From positions 25,727 to 89,726 of the IMG/VR virus record IMGVR_UViG_3300026118_000001: a stretch of DNA of 64,000 nucleotides. The stretch is one strand, 5' to 3'. Within the stretch, counting starts at the first letter, position 1. Every line of letters begins with the position of its first letter. Positions 13,401 through 21,600 of the stretch are shown piece after piece. Source of the stretch: a virus. The notes under the pieces were generated by a model. It saw only the letters and a program-made list of their open reading frames with translations. It searched no databases and was not told the DNA's origin. The translations under genes were made by a program, and so were the position numbers.

Positions 13401-14932
13401 TCTTCTTCTGATAGTCCTTTTAAATCTTCATATTGAGAAATTAATAATTCTGTAGCATTATTATCAATGAATTGTTTAGCAATTGATTTATTTTGATTGA
13501 ATTCAGCATTCAAATAATCAAATTTACTATTATTAATTAATGCTTCAGTTTTTTCTTTCTCATAATTTGTTGCTCTAACAAAATTAGAAAATGTATTTAT
13601 AGTTTTTTTAACTTCAGGATTATTTAATAATTCTGCTGCTTTTTGTGTAGCTTGATTCTGTGCACTTATCTCTCCTTTAGCTTGGATAACACTAGTAGGC
13701 CCCCCCATTAATGCACCTAAGAAGAAATTTTCAAGTCCTTCTTCAGTTCCTAATGTTTGTTTAAATCCTTCAACTAAGGATTCAATCATTCCATGTTGAT
13801 CTTTTTTATCTTTAAATCCTTGAGAATAATAATCTGTTAATGTTTTTTGTGTTAATAATTGACCAAGTTCTTGAGATCCTTCTTCTAGTGAACCTTTAAG
13901 TCCTTCTGTAGAAACTTCTCTTAATATTCCTTTAGTTTCTGGAATATATTTTCCATTAACTAATTCAATATCATTTAGTTTTAATTTGTTAGCTTTAAAT
14001 CCTTGAGAAAGTAGTTTTGGAAATAATAAAGCATTTGTAGTTCCTGTAATAGCTAAATTAGAAGCATAACCCCAATTACCAGCAGCCTTAGAAGCATCAT
14101 CTATTTGTTTAAGTACTTCATCATTTGGCTCTTCACCATTATGTTTATCTTTATAATCTAATATTAATTGATCTTTTGTATCATTATAGATTTGTCTAGA
14201 TTCAATAGCAGATTCACCATGTGACATTAATGCAGCATTCTTACTAAAATCAACAGCATTAGCTATTTTAATTCCTCTTGAAGCATCATCTAGTGCTACT
14301 AGTCCTTCAGTTGCTAATGTAGTTTCATTTATTAATTTTCCAGATTTAGCTAATTTAGCTAAACTTGCATATTTATTTAATCCCCAACCAGTAGCAATTG
14401 CAGCACCCATATAAGCTGCTCCAGATAATGCTTGTTCAGACCAGAAATTAGCTGTTCCAAGTTTTTGAGCTAAATTATAATCTTCTTCTGCTTTAGTATG
14501 ATAATTAGGCATAGCTTTAGCTATGTAATCATTCATTTCATCTAAAGAATCAGTAAAATCATTTTTATATAATCTATTAATATCTTCATTATGAATAGCA
14601 GAACCAATACCATATAATAACCCTCCAGTATTTTCTAATATAGAACTTCCAGCAATTCCTGCTGCTTTAGTTATACCATTAGCCCATTTATCTGTTAATG
14701 GTTGTCTTTGTGCTCTAATTTCACCTAACTGACTTACATTTTCAGGTGTTACACCTTCATCATATTTAGATTCTCCAACACCATATTGACCTAATTGAAT
14801 ATCTCTACTTTGAGGAGTTTTTTGTAATTCCTCATTTATTAAACTATGTAAAGATAAATTTGATGTTTGTGTTAGTTGTTCTGTAGCTTTCTTATTTTCT
14901 TGTATTAATTTTCTTAAATCAAGTCTTCCCAT
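4430..14932 (-). CDS. Virion-packaged RNA polymerase polyprotein (N-terminal cargo region, zincin HExxH, crAss-type RNAP, C-terminal histidine-phosphatase-like domain)
   Basis: 3500 aa; GSDFDNDKL catalytic DxDxD loop (7151-7165), RIPGQG, DAQGW, STQFRK; TLHHEAFH zincin (11099-11116); C-terminal FEHGE...LTKEGKEQA...SPIERVIQTA...GNWEG...ESF. Confidence 0.85.
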   Translation of the reverse strand: MGRLDLRKLIQENKKATEQLTQTSNLSLHSLINEELQKTPQSRDIQLGQYGVGESKYDEGVTPENVSQLGEIRAQRQPLTDKWANGITKAAGIAGSSILENTGGLLYGIGSAIHNEDINRLYKNDFTDSLDEMNDYIAKAMPNYHTKAEEDYNLAQKLGTANFWSEQALSGAAYMGAAIATGWGLNKYASLAKLAKSGKLINETTLATEGLVALDDASRGIKIANAVDFSKNAALMSHGESAIESRQIYNDTKDQLILDYKDKHNGEEPNDEVLKQIDDASKAAGNWGYASNLAITGTTNALLFPKLLSQGFKANKLKLNDIELVNGKYIPETKGILREVSTEGLKGSLEEGSQELGQLLTQKTLTDYYSQGFKDKKDQHGMIESLVEGFKQTLGTEEGLENFFLGALMGGPTSVIQAKGEISAQNQATQKAAELLNNPEVKKTINTFSNFVRATNYEKEKTEALINNSKFDYLNAEFNQNKSIAKQFIDNNATELLISQYEDLKGLSEEEFKKVAGYPIEKPLPHSKEQIINDAISLVKTLDKTNNSIHELFPYKQEVYESPEKYNTLTTNLWHYSTSISNIDKRVKQIHSDIYKIAAENDATITGLGTPESPFTVDGNPMVAQQVNQANKDLHLAKLYKDKLIESYNLLADPKTQKKTLNDIIDTSEEESKESNIVEEIPLPKVTDEPLISKSKASKEIQDFVQKIMDTESLTDPKDLQFYENNKAEIEKELKFQTTPQSTKVDNEPIISNVESPTTINEDPLFINKEFILDDSNDVGRKANTPFKTNGGIDNGQKPSEDRYFKTTETIVLDEHKLLVVTKATNPELYSQILDNDPTAKEYEKKHPDFKGVWTILVDKENNPVLEEDKFIQSTLETAQRISDNKIDIGRGLSKEDKSKAKEKAIKDLNSLRDEILLLKNNDVKYLPIIGKSNGLMIETDENANIIHSAFEDKINGERQSNNLLGRIFDKNIKYDEIPLTLPTFNLIFNNIKVLPGKLYTKDGNRRIFDLIPRNLNVDEASLIIDLINKKLNTKEKDLDFDPIDEIKKITTFFKSNKPSDIYINSDGRLVFDNNELTKEEIESNRSKIIDFLLTKKVNVNNKYIKGESFTKPDINGRGENVHYNEYLLSGEVPMFGTDLKPIVDLNGRPNRRFIQSYFIYDNKLIENKLKEKVDLETSERIEDNTSPIITEEIKPIKKEFKKRSGDKVLDRLKKRNQDRNKLSQEEINWFKERFPNIPINFIQGLIEQKSLGQFLSSGEVLLSDEATIGTLHHEAFHVITQLYLTKEEIDKLYNEASKKYSNKSRKELEEILAEDFVSYKLGGKVLNNSPQRNTIFRRILSFLKDLLGISSTNIQQVYERLDKGYYTNKKLVNTKEFSSLNRDENTKRITNEKGTKFVKDVLDGIDILFFDYIFDNGRTPVIANSHVNKITDKIHDIIDDKYQNSVDEKQIKDYEYILENWDDIINMWKTRININGVEIVTKIENNIEEIKNEDEELSKDEQLDEHSSKGDYSEGNLTSTLESISSPVRLLIRSLKQVNITNDLGFSIPVDFTSTYNYLLKNLAGTGNNYSDIYNKIESLIEFKPEFQELIDRLGAPSSDISVEQFRFQTQFTQDFNKNRYNAIVTIYEPNGNIIPVDTNRQNEAEKVKTIWEANLLLHTKQDEKGKLIINKDVINEKDPFVFLDKLGIIFDKNTQKIINDKDFNLNDLNDSVAAIKIYIDKKNGDVTNLYNSGKEEDGIAGRINYLLTLEANNTSLVNELSYMSTEGKTVYSVSDNNALSITTNIINNVNSIEELFLKLPHLNTVGAENSFWLNELFNPKTGLRNKNIKLNLELHDGVASSKESEDVSKISTRKGTKGDLFTQNIASILNGKSNYIVSADKSQEFVLGLSNKLPVSIELLKSGFNTIKLKEIFRGYFKSEFKGIALFKLDGIGTNVDGYSKNGSDFTIFNEILLKSSKVNIKEILKSKLDDLKFKEVKYNESKEELDELVNSLLPDLDKLVIDFFESYSRQLNNSLKENNINEFGIPKEYTDKYPKEQLIRAIVVTDFINSIEQTKLFIGNLAFYKDLYKRTAMFAGTKLIPRVDEETNDFLNKNFIRSDNKLADGNENSIVYNDVTTTKDIKELVDTYIKSGVSEEAAYNILGYEKTESEEFKGISAYGKADEGDAQGWGSLDFIREFHNRVGTWTNKMENAYQIIQKQKFDNEGNLIEGKLLTKDELTYFQTLKLQYAGPINHGSTQQLFVPGGYKFTIMPLIPQMVAGKNLSKLLENMKSNKSGIALFKSASKFGTILNKDGKANPFYTNNNHGEINNADLVIQSISYNYLGLQVKPSPPKDKYIFSTQFRKTMLINAFENGKETFEGAEKLLSTFSNLIEEKTKIEKDKLIKELGINPDTYVAEDVTKLVDMLVEYSENRKLTDNIINSLDIEEKEGKKVLKYNIDSMVNKTKLDSVLMSIIDARLIKQKYNGDAYVLGTVAGMEKLGNRPIGSNNALRGYTKDTSGNTLPAEVMIPLSESYYPLLKKFGSLKAVNEAIKNGDIPNKVLELVGCRIPGQGMNSNEYLTIKEFLPEDAATTMIVHPDIVAKAGSDFDNDKLYTYRPNLDENGNYIEDNIDNKTIQVIKDFISNPHNFISLITPNSTSIISPIVDDIKYIDYLNDKTEANNELISKGREPKKILTKEEYFEAQNSKDKKINYTALLKLQNKINARYKLWLAKDEVGLSAIANAYGPLSQLSGLTANKSYINAAGEEIKVNINLIHNEIRDVFNLGALKDAENNHNISEINNQLINIIVDAAKDEIPMVSYLNMTMDTLPIYLYLNKLGVPFEHIANFMTQPIILDYIEEINKNKSIFLKSTGKNQRNTEITKQIKKKYSNLVSEKDIENKILSLKELKDFKLIENQSTKEFELFQLQVFNDFLKYKEQASLFNDAVRVTNSDTAGLGQNINSSRLKLEEINKVQKTNFINGVNEIINKTFIKSFQQDEFAISSYKQFYDTQKEEIINNILGLANELENPFKSSRKEKLKMINLIENDFINFVIQNYGYKNINAIRKRLFEGENSVAKKLLELKNKKEENLNEDEKQLRNNILIKELFPLIDKAALNYDNVKIFTKKLDTFTSNQLTEAFRELKNSNLSLGNELIHVGILQSGLNNSPITYLGIIPFEYYNQLVKDSFEEFNKKNGAEILPKFNELFIRNNNKIVPTIFKNLQLSALGNGMYGKDYDVNKATKGFNVKYIPITTPLKITIENISPKVEPVKVGNLIVFEHGEDVPSSKDVINGQSDTNLTKEGKEQASNLGKELKIQGITSLITSPIERVIQTAEIIKKEQNIPYYTDENLKTMNMGNWEGEVKENEYDEKLWSNPINEEEKINPKAESFKQFRERALKAWNIIKKLDDKNVAILTSSKMIKMFNAYNQTNGIWNEEARNIYLSNEINKEENKLPIQEKITNIGEKFELSKEQYNELKSDIEFLFEFQPQLKEELLKELNEVHDDESLGKLIEKKCK

Positions 14933-14933
14933 T

Positions 14934-16721
14934 CTATTGAGTTGTATGTGGTTTTAACACTGTTGTTTCACTACCTAAATAACCAGAATTTTTATAAACT
15001 TCTCTTTCTGCTTTTCTAATCTCATCTAAAGTTGTTTCTTCTGATTGTATAGGTTCTCCATTTTCATCTGCTATATATTTAACATATCTAGTGGATACTT
15101 TACCATCTTTTTTAATTTGTGGAATAACTGCAATCTTAACATCTGGTCTTGATTCAAATGGAGTTATTGTTGTAGGAGTAAATGATTTTCTAGCTTCATT
15201 GATTGCTTGAGAAGTTCTAAAAATTGTTTTAGCTTCTTCATCTGGAGAAATCATAACTCTTCTTGTTTCTCCATCACTATTTTTTACTTCAATATAATAA
15301 CTTCCAGCAACTGGTCCAGCTTGTGTATATCCACTTATTCCTTTTTCTAACTGTTTATCAAATTCTTCTTCTGGTATATCTAATTCTTCTAATACAGTTT
15401 TGAAAGTACCATCTAAAGTTTTACCTTTATCATCATATAAATAGAAGTTTCTTTGTAACTTATTATTTACAAGGGCTTCTCCTATATTCTTTTTAGCAAC
15501 ATTTGACATACTAATTAAAGGTATTGATTCTTCTGATTGAGATTTAATTGCTTTTCTATAAGCTTCAACTTTCTCTTTAGGTTTTAAATCTCTTAATTCT
15601 GGATGATTTTCATCTAAACTTTTAATGAAGTTTTCATTTTCTATTGTTTTATTAATATCAATTTTAGATTCTCCTTTTGGTGTAACTCTTACTCCAGGAC
15701 TCATTCCAGGAATTGAAGATCCATATGGAGTGGCTTCACTTGTATATGCAGTTGTTTTTACAGGTTTTAAATTACCTTTTTCATCAAATTGTATATCTTT
15801 AGATTTATCTTCAATAAGATCTCCAGTTAAAGCTTCAGATTGTGTTGATGTACCTAATATTTCAGCTTCAGATTTTTTATTTCCAATATATTCTGGAGCA
15901 TATTGAAAATCTTTTGCAGATTTAGTATTAGCAAATATTTGATTTTCTCCTTCTCTTTTTAAATTATCAAAAGCAGCCAAACTTAAATCTTGTTGTGTTG
16001 CATTTGGATGTGATGCTAAAAATTTATCTTTGAAATATTGAGAATCTTGATGCTGTAAAAATAATGGTACTTTAGCAGCAGCCACTCTATCTACATCTTG
16101 TCTTGCTACTTGTTCCCAACCAGCTTTTTTGCCAATAACATTACCACTTTCATCAATATCATACCATTCTTTACTAGTACCAGAAGGTTTTATTCCCTTC
16201 ATCATATCTTGAATAACAGGATAATGCTTTTGTACACCTTTCATTCCAGTATAACTAAAAGGTGTTACTCTATCTTCTTTTGGTTGAATATATTTATAAG
16301 GATCATATTCTTTAGAAAGAGGATCATATTCTCCTTTAGAATATCTTTCTTCTTTATCTTTCTGGTATTGTAAATAATTTTGATAATTTGATTCTAATTG
16401 TAATCTATTAGGATCATTAGCAAATTGTCTTTTTAAATTATGTACTTTATATTTTGTTTCAGGACTTCCTCCAGTTTTAATATATTCATCAGCTAATTGA
16501 CTAATTTGATTATTGTAATCTTGAATTAATTTATTTCTATGAGGAGTATGTAATGGATCAGCATTCACTTTTATTAGTGATTGTGCATCTTGTATATCTT
16601 CAATACCTTTATCATATTCATGTTGTTGTCTTCTATAGTTATTTTCTATATTTTCCAATGGTAATGGAACATAAGAACTTACTATAGGTCTTTCGTAGAC
16701 TCTAGACCAGCGATCAGCCAT
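14934..16721 (-). CDS. Virion cargo/ejection protein
   Basis: 595 aa, lies between the GG-repeat cargo protein and the RNAP; N-terminal SSYVPLP; assigned by synteny only. Confidence 0.5.
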   Translation of the reverse strand: MADRWSRVYERPIVSSYVPLPLENIENNYRRQQHEYDKGIEDIQDAQSLIKVNADPLHTPHRNKLIQDYNNQISQLADEYIKTGGSPETKYKVHNLKRQFANDPNRLQLESNYQNYLQYQKDKEERYSKGEYDPLSKEYDPYKYIQPKEDRVTPFSYTGMKGVQKHYPVIQDMMKGIKPSGTSKEWYDIDESGNVIGKKAGWEQVARQDVDRVAAAKVPLFLQHQDSQYFKDKFLASHPNATQQDLSLAAFDNLKREGENQIFANTKSAKDFQYAPEYIGNKKSEAEILGTSTQSEALTGDLIEDKSKDIQFDEKGNLKPVKTTAYTSEATPYGSSIPGMSPGVRVTPKGESKIDINKTIENENFIKSLDENHPELRDLKPKEKVEAYRKAIKSQSEESIPLISMSNVAKKNIGEALVNNKLQRNFYLYDDKGKTLDGTFKTVLEELDIPEEEFDKQLEKGISGYTQAGPVAGSYYIEVKNSDGETRRVMISPDEEAKTIFRTSQAINEARKSFTPTTITPFESRPDVKIAVIPQIKKDGKVSTRYVKYIADENGEPIQSEETTLDEIRKAEREVYKNSGYLGSETTVLKPHTTQ

Positions 16722-16727
16722 ATTTAA

Positions 16728-18560
16728 TTATCTATTAGATGATGTATTATATTTATTTCTTAATACTGGATATTGTTGATTTAACCAATTTAAATAATCC
16801 ATATCTTGTTGTGTTGCTTTATTACCTAAAGCTCCTTGAGCAACAACAGTACCAATTTGTCCAACATTACCTGTTTTAAAATCTCTATTTGCTGTAACAT
16901 CATGCTGTCTATCAATATTTCTTTGAGTTTGCATTTGAGCAATTGGTAATTGTGCTTGATTATAAGTGGAGGTATTCATTTGGTCATATTGTTGTTGAAT
17001 ACCTGCTTTATTTCTAGTTAAATTTGATTGTAATCCAGCTAATGAACTCAAATAAGCACTAGAATTTCCACCAGAATTAACTCTTGCTTGTTCTCTCAAC
17101 ATTCTATTCTCCTGATCTGCTATTTGTAAAGCATTTGATGGATTATATTGTTTAAATTCAGGTTTAGCTATATCATAAGTTTCAGGTGCTTTATTAGTAG
17201 CTAAAGCATATGTAGGGCCTAATAAGTTTCCAGCCATTATAGCTGCATCTTGCCAACTTGGTTTTGCTCTCATACTTGGTTGTTGACTTGGTAATTTACT
17301 ATATTCTCTATCAAATCCTGATTGAATAATATCAGATGTTGTATCCACTTCATCTAATGGATAATCATCTATTATACCACCAGATGGATATTTCATTCCA
17401 CCATAAGCATATTGTATTTCTTCTGGATGATCTTCTGGTCTTTGATAATGAGAACCACTATCTTCATTATTAATATTTAGTTTAGATATATCAACTCCAA
17501 GTTTTTTTGCATATTCATTTACTTTTGATTTTTTTAATAATTCTTGTTTATTAAATATTTCACTAAGTTTTTGTTGTTTTAATTGCATATTTAATTCTGC
17601 TGTTGATCTTGCTAATGAAGAAGATTTTTTATTATCTAAAACTTTTTCTTCTTTATTCACTTTATATTTTTCTGCCAATTTAGCAAAAGTTTTCTTTGAT
17701 TCTGGATCTTTAAGTCTATCAGAATAAATTTGTGTACCATTTGGAATATTAACAGGAATACCTCCTTGTGCATGAGAATTTCCATCCACTTGCATTGTAG
17801 AACCATTTGGTGATCTCATTAATTCTTCATTTTCAATTTCAGCATTAGGATTTTCATTATCTATTGACATTCCTCCATTAGCATAAACTCCTTTTGGAAT
17901 ATGATAACCACCATAATTATATTTTTTAGAAGTTGGAGCTATTATTTGTTTCTTTATTGGAGGATAAAAATTATTTAAATTAGCTAATGGAGTTACATAT
18001 TTTTGTTTAGTTCCACCATTAGGAAAATAATCACTTGGAGTTAATGTAAATCCTTGAACTCCTCCATTATTATAATTATATACTTCAGCATCATTTAAAA
18101 AATCTTGATGTATTCCACCATCTTCATGTTTCCATTTAGCCGCATTCCTAGCAAAATTAGCCATTTGTCTTACATGAGGATTTTTAGAATGTAGTGCCTC
18201 TTCTGTAGTTTTACCTGTTCTTTGTTTATAAGCAGTAAATCTACCTTTATGTGAAGGTTTAATATGAATTCCACCATTTTTATAAGCTGCTTGTGGAGCA
18301 CCTTCAACTAATGGAGAATTTCTCATATTATTTATTTGTGTGCTATTTATTTTATTTAAATTTTGTTGATTTAAATAATCTTTATCCTGCTGGTTTTGTT
18401 TTTGTTCTTGTAAATAACCTAAACCAGCACCAATTCCAGCACCTGCTAATGCTCCCCAAGGTCCAAATTCCATTCCAATTCCAGCACCAGAGATTGCACC
18501 ATTTAATGCTCCTCCATATGGATAAATTTCTGTTTTTGCTTTTAACTTTGGTTTCTTCAT
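16728..18560 (-). CDS. Virion cargo protein with repeated [YFH]xxGG motifs and Gly-rich hydrophobic N-terminus
   Basis: GAISGAGIGMEFGPWGALAGAGIGAGLG; IHIKPSHKGRFT..ANFARNAAKW and E.ENEE..G.SHAQGG modules resembling crAss-like cargo proteins; follows muzzle gene. Confidence 0.6.
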   Translation of the reverse strand: MKKPKLKAKTEIYPYGGALNGAISGAGIGMEFGPWGALAGAGIGAGLGYLQEQKQNQQDKDYLNQQNLNKINSTQINNMRNSPLVEGAPQAAYKNGGIHIKPSHKGRFTAYKQRTGKTTEEALHSKNPHVRQMANFARNAAKWKHEDGGIHQDFLNDAEVYNYNNGGVQGFTLTPSDYFPNGGTKQKYVTPLANLNNFYPPIKKQIIAPTSKKYNYGGYHIPKGVYANGGMSIDNENPNAEIENEELMRSPNGSTMQVDGNSHAQGGIPVNIPNGTQIYSDRLKDPESKKTFAKLAEKYKVNKEEKVLDNKKSSSLARSTAELNMQLKQQKLSEIFNKQELLKKSKVNEYAKKLGVDISKLNINNEDSGSHYQRPEDHPEEIQYAYGGMKYPSGGIIDDYPLDEVDTTSDIIQSGFDREYSKLPSQQPSMRAKPSWQDAAIMAGNLLGPTYALATNKAPETYDIAKPEFKQYNPSNALQIADQENRMLREQARVNSGGNSSAYLSSLAGLQSNLTRNKAGIQQQYDQMNTSTYNQAQLPIAQMQTQRNIDRQHDVTANRDFKTGNVGQIGTVVAQGALGNKATQQDMDYLNWLNQQYPVLRNKYNTSSNR

Positions 18561-18604
18561 AATTTTAATTGTTATATGTTTTCTTTACATATATCTATCT
18601 ATTA

Positions 18605-18640
18605 TAAATATACGTTTAATTTTTGAATTTTGCAACTTAA
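18605..18640 (-). promoter_or_regulatory. Bacteroidota sigma70-type promoter for cargo/RNAP operon
   Basis: Minus strand TTAAGTTG-N20-TATATTTA; same motif and spacing at 7 other sites. Confidence 0.7.
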
Positions 18641-18696
18641 TTACATTATAAATTGTTATAATATAATTTATTTAATTATAAGTATAATTTTATTTA

Positions 18697-21600
18697 TTAT
18701 CTAGGAGATTGTCTAAATTCTGTTGTTATAAGACTTGTTTTTAATAAATTACTATTTGGATTATTATATTGTAATTCAATATTAATGTATTTATCTCTCA
18801 TTCTTTCACCAAATAATTTTCTTGTTGCTGATATATCTATCATAATATCAGGACTATTAGAAGTTGTATATAATACCCTATTTCTAGGAATATCTAACTT
18901 CCATATTCTTTCTGGTCTTCTAATATTATTATCTACTATTAAATCTATCCAATCAGTATTCTGATAGTCATTTGTAACTCTTATTTTCTTCCAAGTATCA
19001 TCATTATTGTTAATATTTGGATTATTTTCATTAACCGATTGTGTAATTATTTCAAGATTATCAAATACTTTAGTTTCATTTGGAGAATCATTAACTATAT
19101 ATTTTATAGTTGATGGTTGTTTTACTCCATAAAATTCATTATAATTTCCTTTCTCATTTACATAAATAGTTTGAATGTCATCAAATGTAAATACATTTGT
19201 ATAATCTGATATATATAGTTTTGGAACAAATGATTTGAAAGAAACAAATGTACCAGTTAAATTACTATAAGTAATAGTAAATGAACTTTGAATTCCATTT
19301 ACTAATCCATTATGTACTGTATAATAAATTTTATCTCTAAGTACATCATAAATTGCTGATATACCACTTAATCCATTAGGATTGACATCCCAACAAGCTT
19401 TATCTATTAAATCATGTTTAAAGTTCTTGATTAAATAAGCATATAATCCTTTAACATCTGATATAGGAGCCATTGAAGATCCATCTTTAGTATTTTGGAA
19501 ATTCATTAGTTTCTTTAGATTTGTATCCATCCAGAATAATCCAGATTTAGTATTTAAAATACTTCCTTGATGTCTAGTTCCACTAGTATTAGAAATATAA
19601 TCATGTCTTTGTAACTTATTACCAAATCCTAATTGAATTTGAGAGTCCACATCAGGATTATTTAAATCTCCAATGAACACTCTAGGATTAACTTGTAATA
19701 TACCAAATGCTCTATCTTGCCAGAAAAACATTTTACTATCATGATTTATAATTCCATTTATTTCTCCATATTGACCATCAGCATCCCATACATCTCCAAT
19801 AGGAAAAACACTCCAATTATCAACTAATTCTCCATTAATCTTGACATTTGAAGCAGCAAATCTATTAATCCATTTATCCACTTGAAAGAAAGTTGATGGG
19901 GGAGGAAAATAACTTCTAAGGTTATCTTCTGCTGAATATACAGTAAAATAATTTCCTGATTCTATAATATCAGCTTCATTGTTATTAGCATCTAATGTAT
20001 AAGTATTATTGGCTCTATCACCAGGTAATAAATCAATATTTATATCAGTTTCTAATGGTACTGTATGTATAATTCCTCTTATATATCCTGTTGAATTTCC
20101 CCAATTTTTTCTATAAGTGAGAGAATCATATAAACAAACAAATATATCTCCTCCAAATACTTCTGGAGTTTCTATTGGATCAGCAATTATACCTAATGGA
20201 ATTGGTCTAAAATGCCCACATGATATATATGTATTTTCAGATCTATCTGAATATGTTCTTCCTCCATATTGTCCAGGATTATCAATAACAATATTAGATA
20301 TTATAATTGAACTATTTCCAACACTTGCTAAACTATTTTGAGTTTCTATAAAATAAGCATATTGACCAAAATTATCTTGGGCAACATTTGGATCAGAATA
20401 ATTAATTGTTCTATTATTTATAGATAGACCACTTGATGTGTTTATTTCTGAATTTGGATAACTTTCTTGTCCTGATAAAAGAGTTGATTGAATTATTGGA
20501 TTTGCTATATTATAACTTGGTGGTGAAGATATACCATAATATTTAAATGTATATTGGTCACTACTACTTGGACCAGTATAATGTACAGAATTAGTTAAAC
20601 TTAATTGTTGTACAGTTTTTAATTTCATTGATGTATCAATAGTTTTTCCACTTCTTCCAACTCTTGGATAATGTATAAAAAATTTATTTATTGGAGAACC
20701 TGCTAAATTTTGTATATTTATTCCCAAATCAGCAACTAAACTGTTTGATCTTTGTATAGCAGAATTAATAAAACCTTGATTAATAATTGTTCTATCAGCA
20801 TATTTTCTCTGTACCCTTACTATTGAATATCCTCCAATACTATCAGAAATTTGATCTAGTCCTGATATAGAAAATAATATACCTAGTGTTCTTGTTTGTG
20901 CTTGTAATGCTCCAGTGCTACTTGTAGTTAATGTTAATGTTCTAAAATCTCCTGAAGGACTTGTTGGATTTGATTGAAAATGATCTGGAAATTTAATATC
21001 ACCTATCCATTTAACAAATAAAGGTTGCATAGATTTTGTAAAAAATTGAATACCAAATCTGTAAACTTCTCCTCTCATATATCCTTTTAATAATCCAGAA
21101 TATTGAGGATTTTTATAAGTACTATAAAATGTAGAACCATTACCATTTGAATAACGTTGATAATCTATTGGACTTTTTACTAATAAATTTTGAGAAACAT
21201 TTTCTGGATAGGCTATAAACCAAGGAGCAAATGCTGCTGAATTAGTTACACCTCCATCAACATTTATTTGTTCTGTTATAAATGTATATGATACATTTGG
21301 TCCAGCTCCTCCTAATACATTAGTGTTGGGTTTATAATAGCAAGCATTACCACTTGTATAATCATTAATACAATCAGAAGTTTGTGGTAATGCAGAAGCA
21401 GCAGCTAGTGTGTATGATGAATTTATATTATTATTTGTAAGTCTTATATCTTGAGAATTTGGAGAAAAAGATCTGAATGCTCTAGCATCAAAATTATCTA
21501 ATGTATTAACTAATTCATTCTTTAAGTTTGCAGCAATTAATAAATTATCTTTTTCAGCAATTGTCTTACAATGTGTAAATCCATTATATTGTTGTACAGA

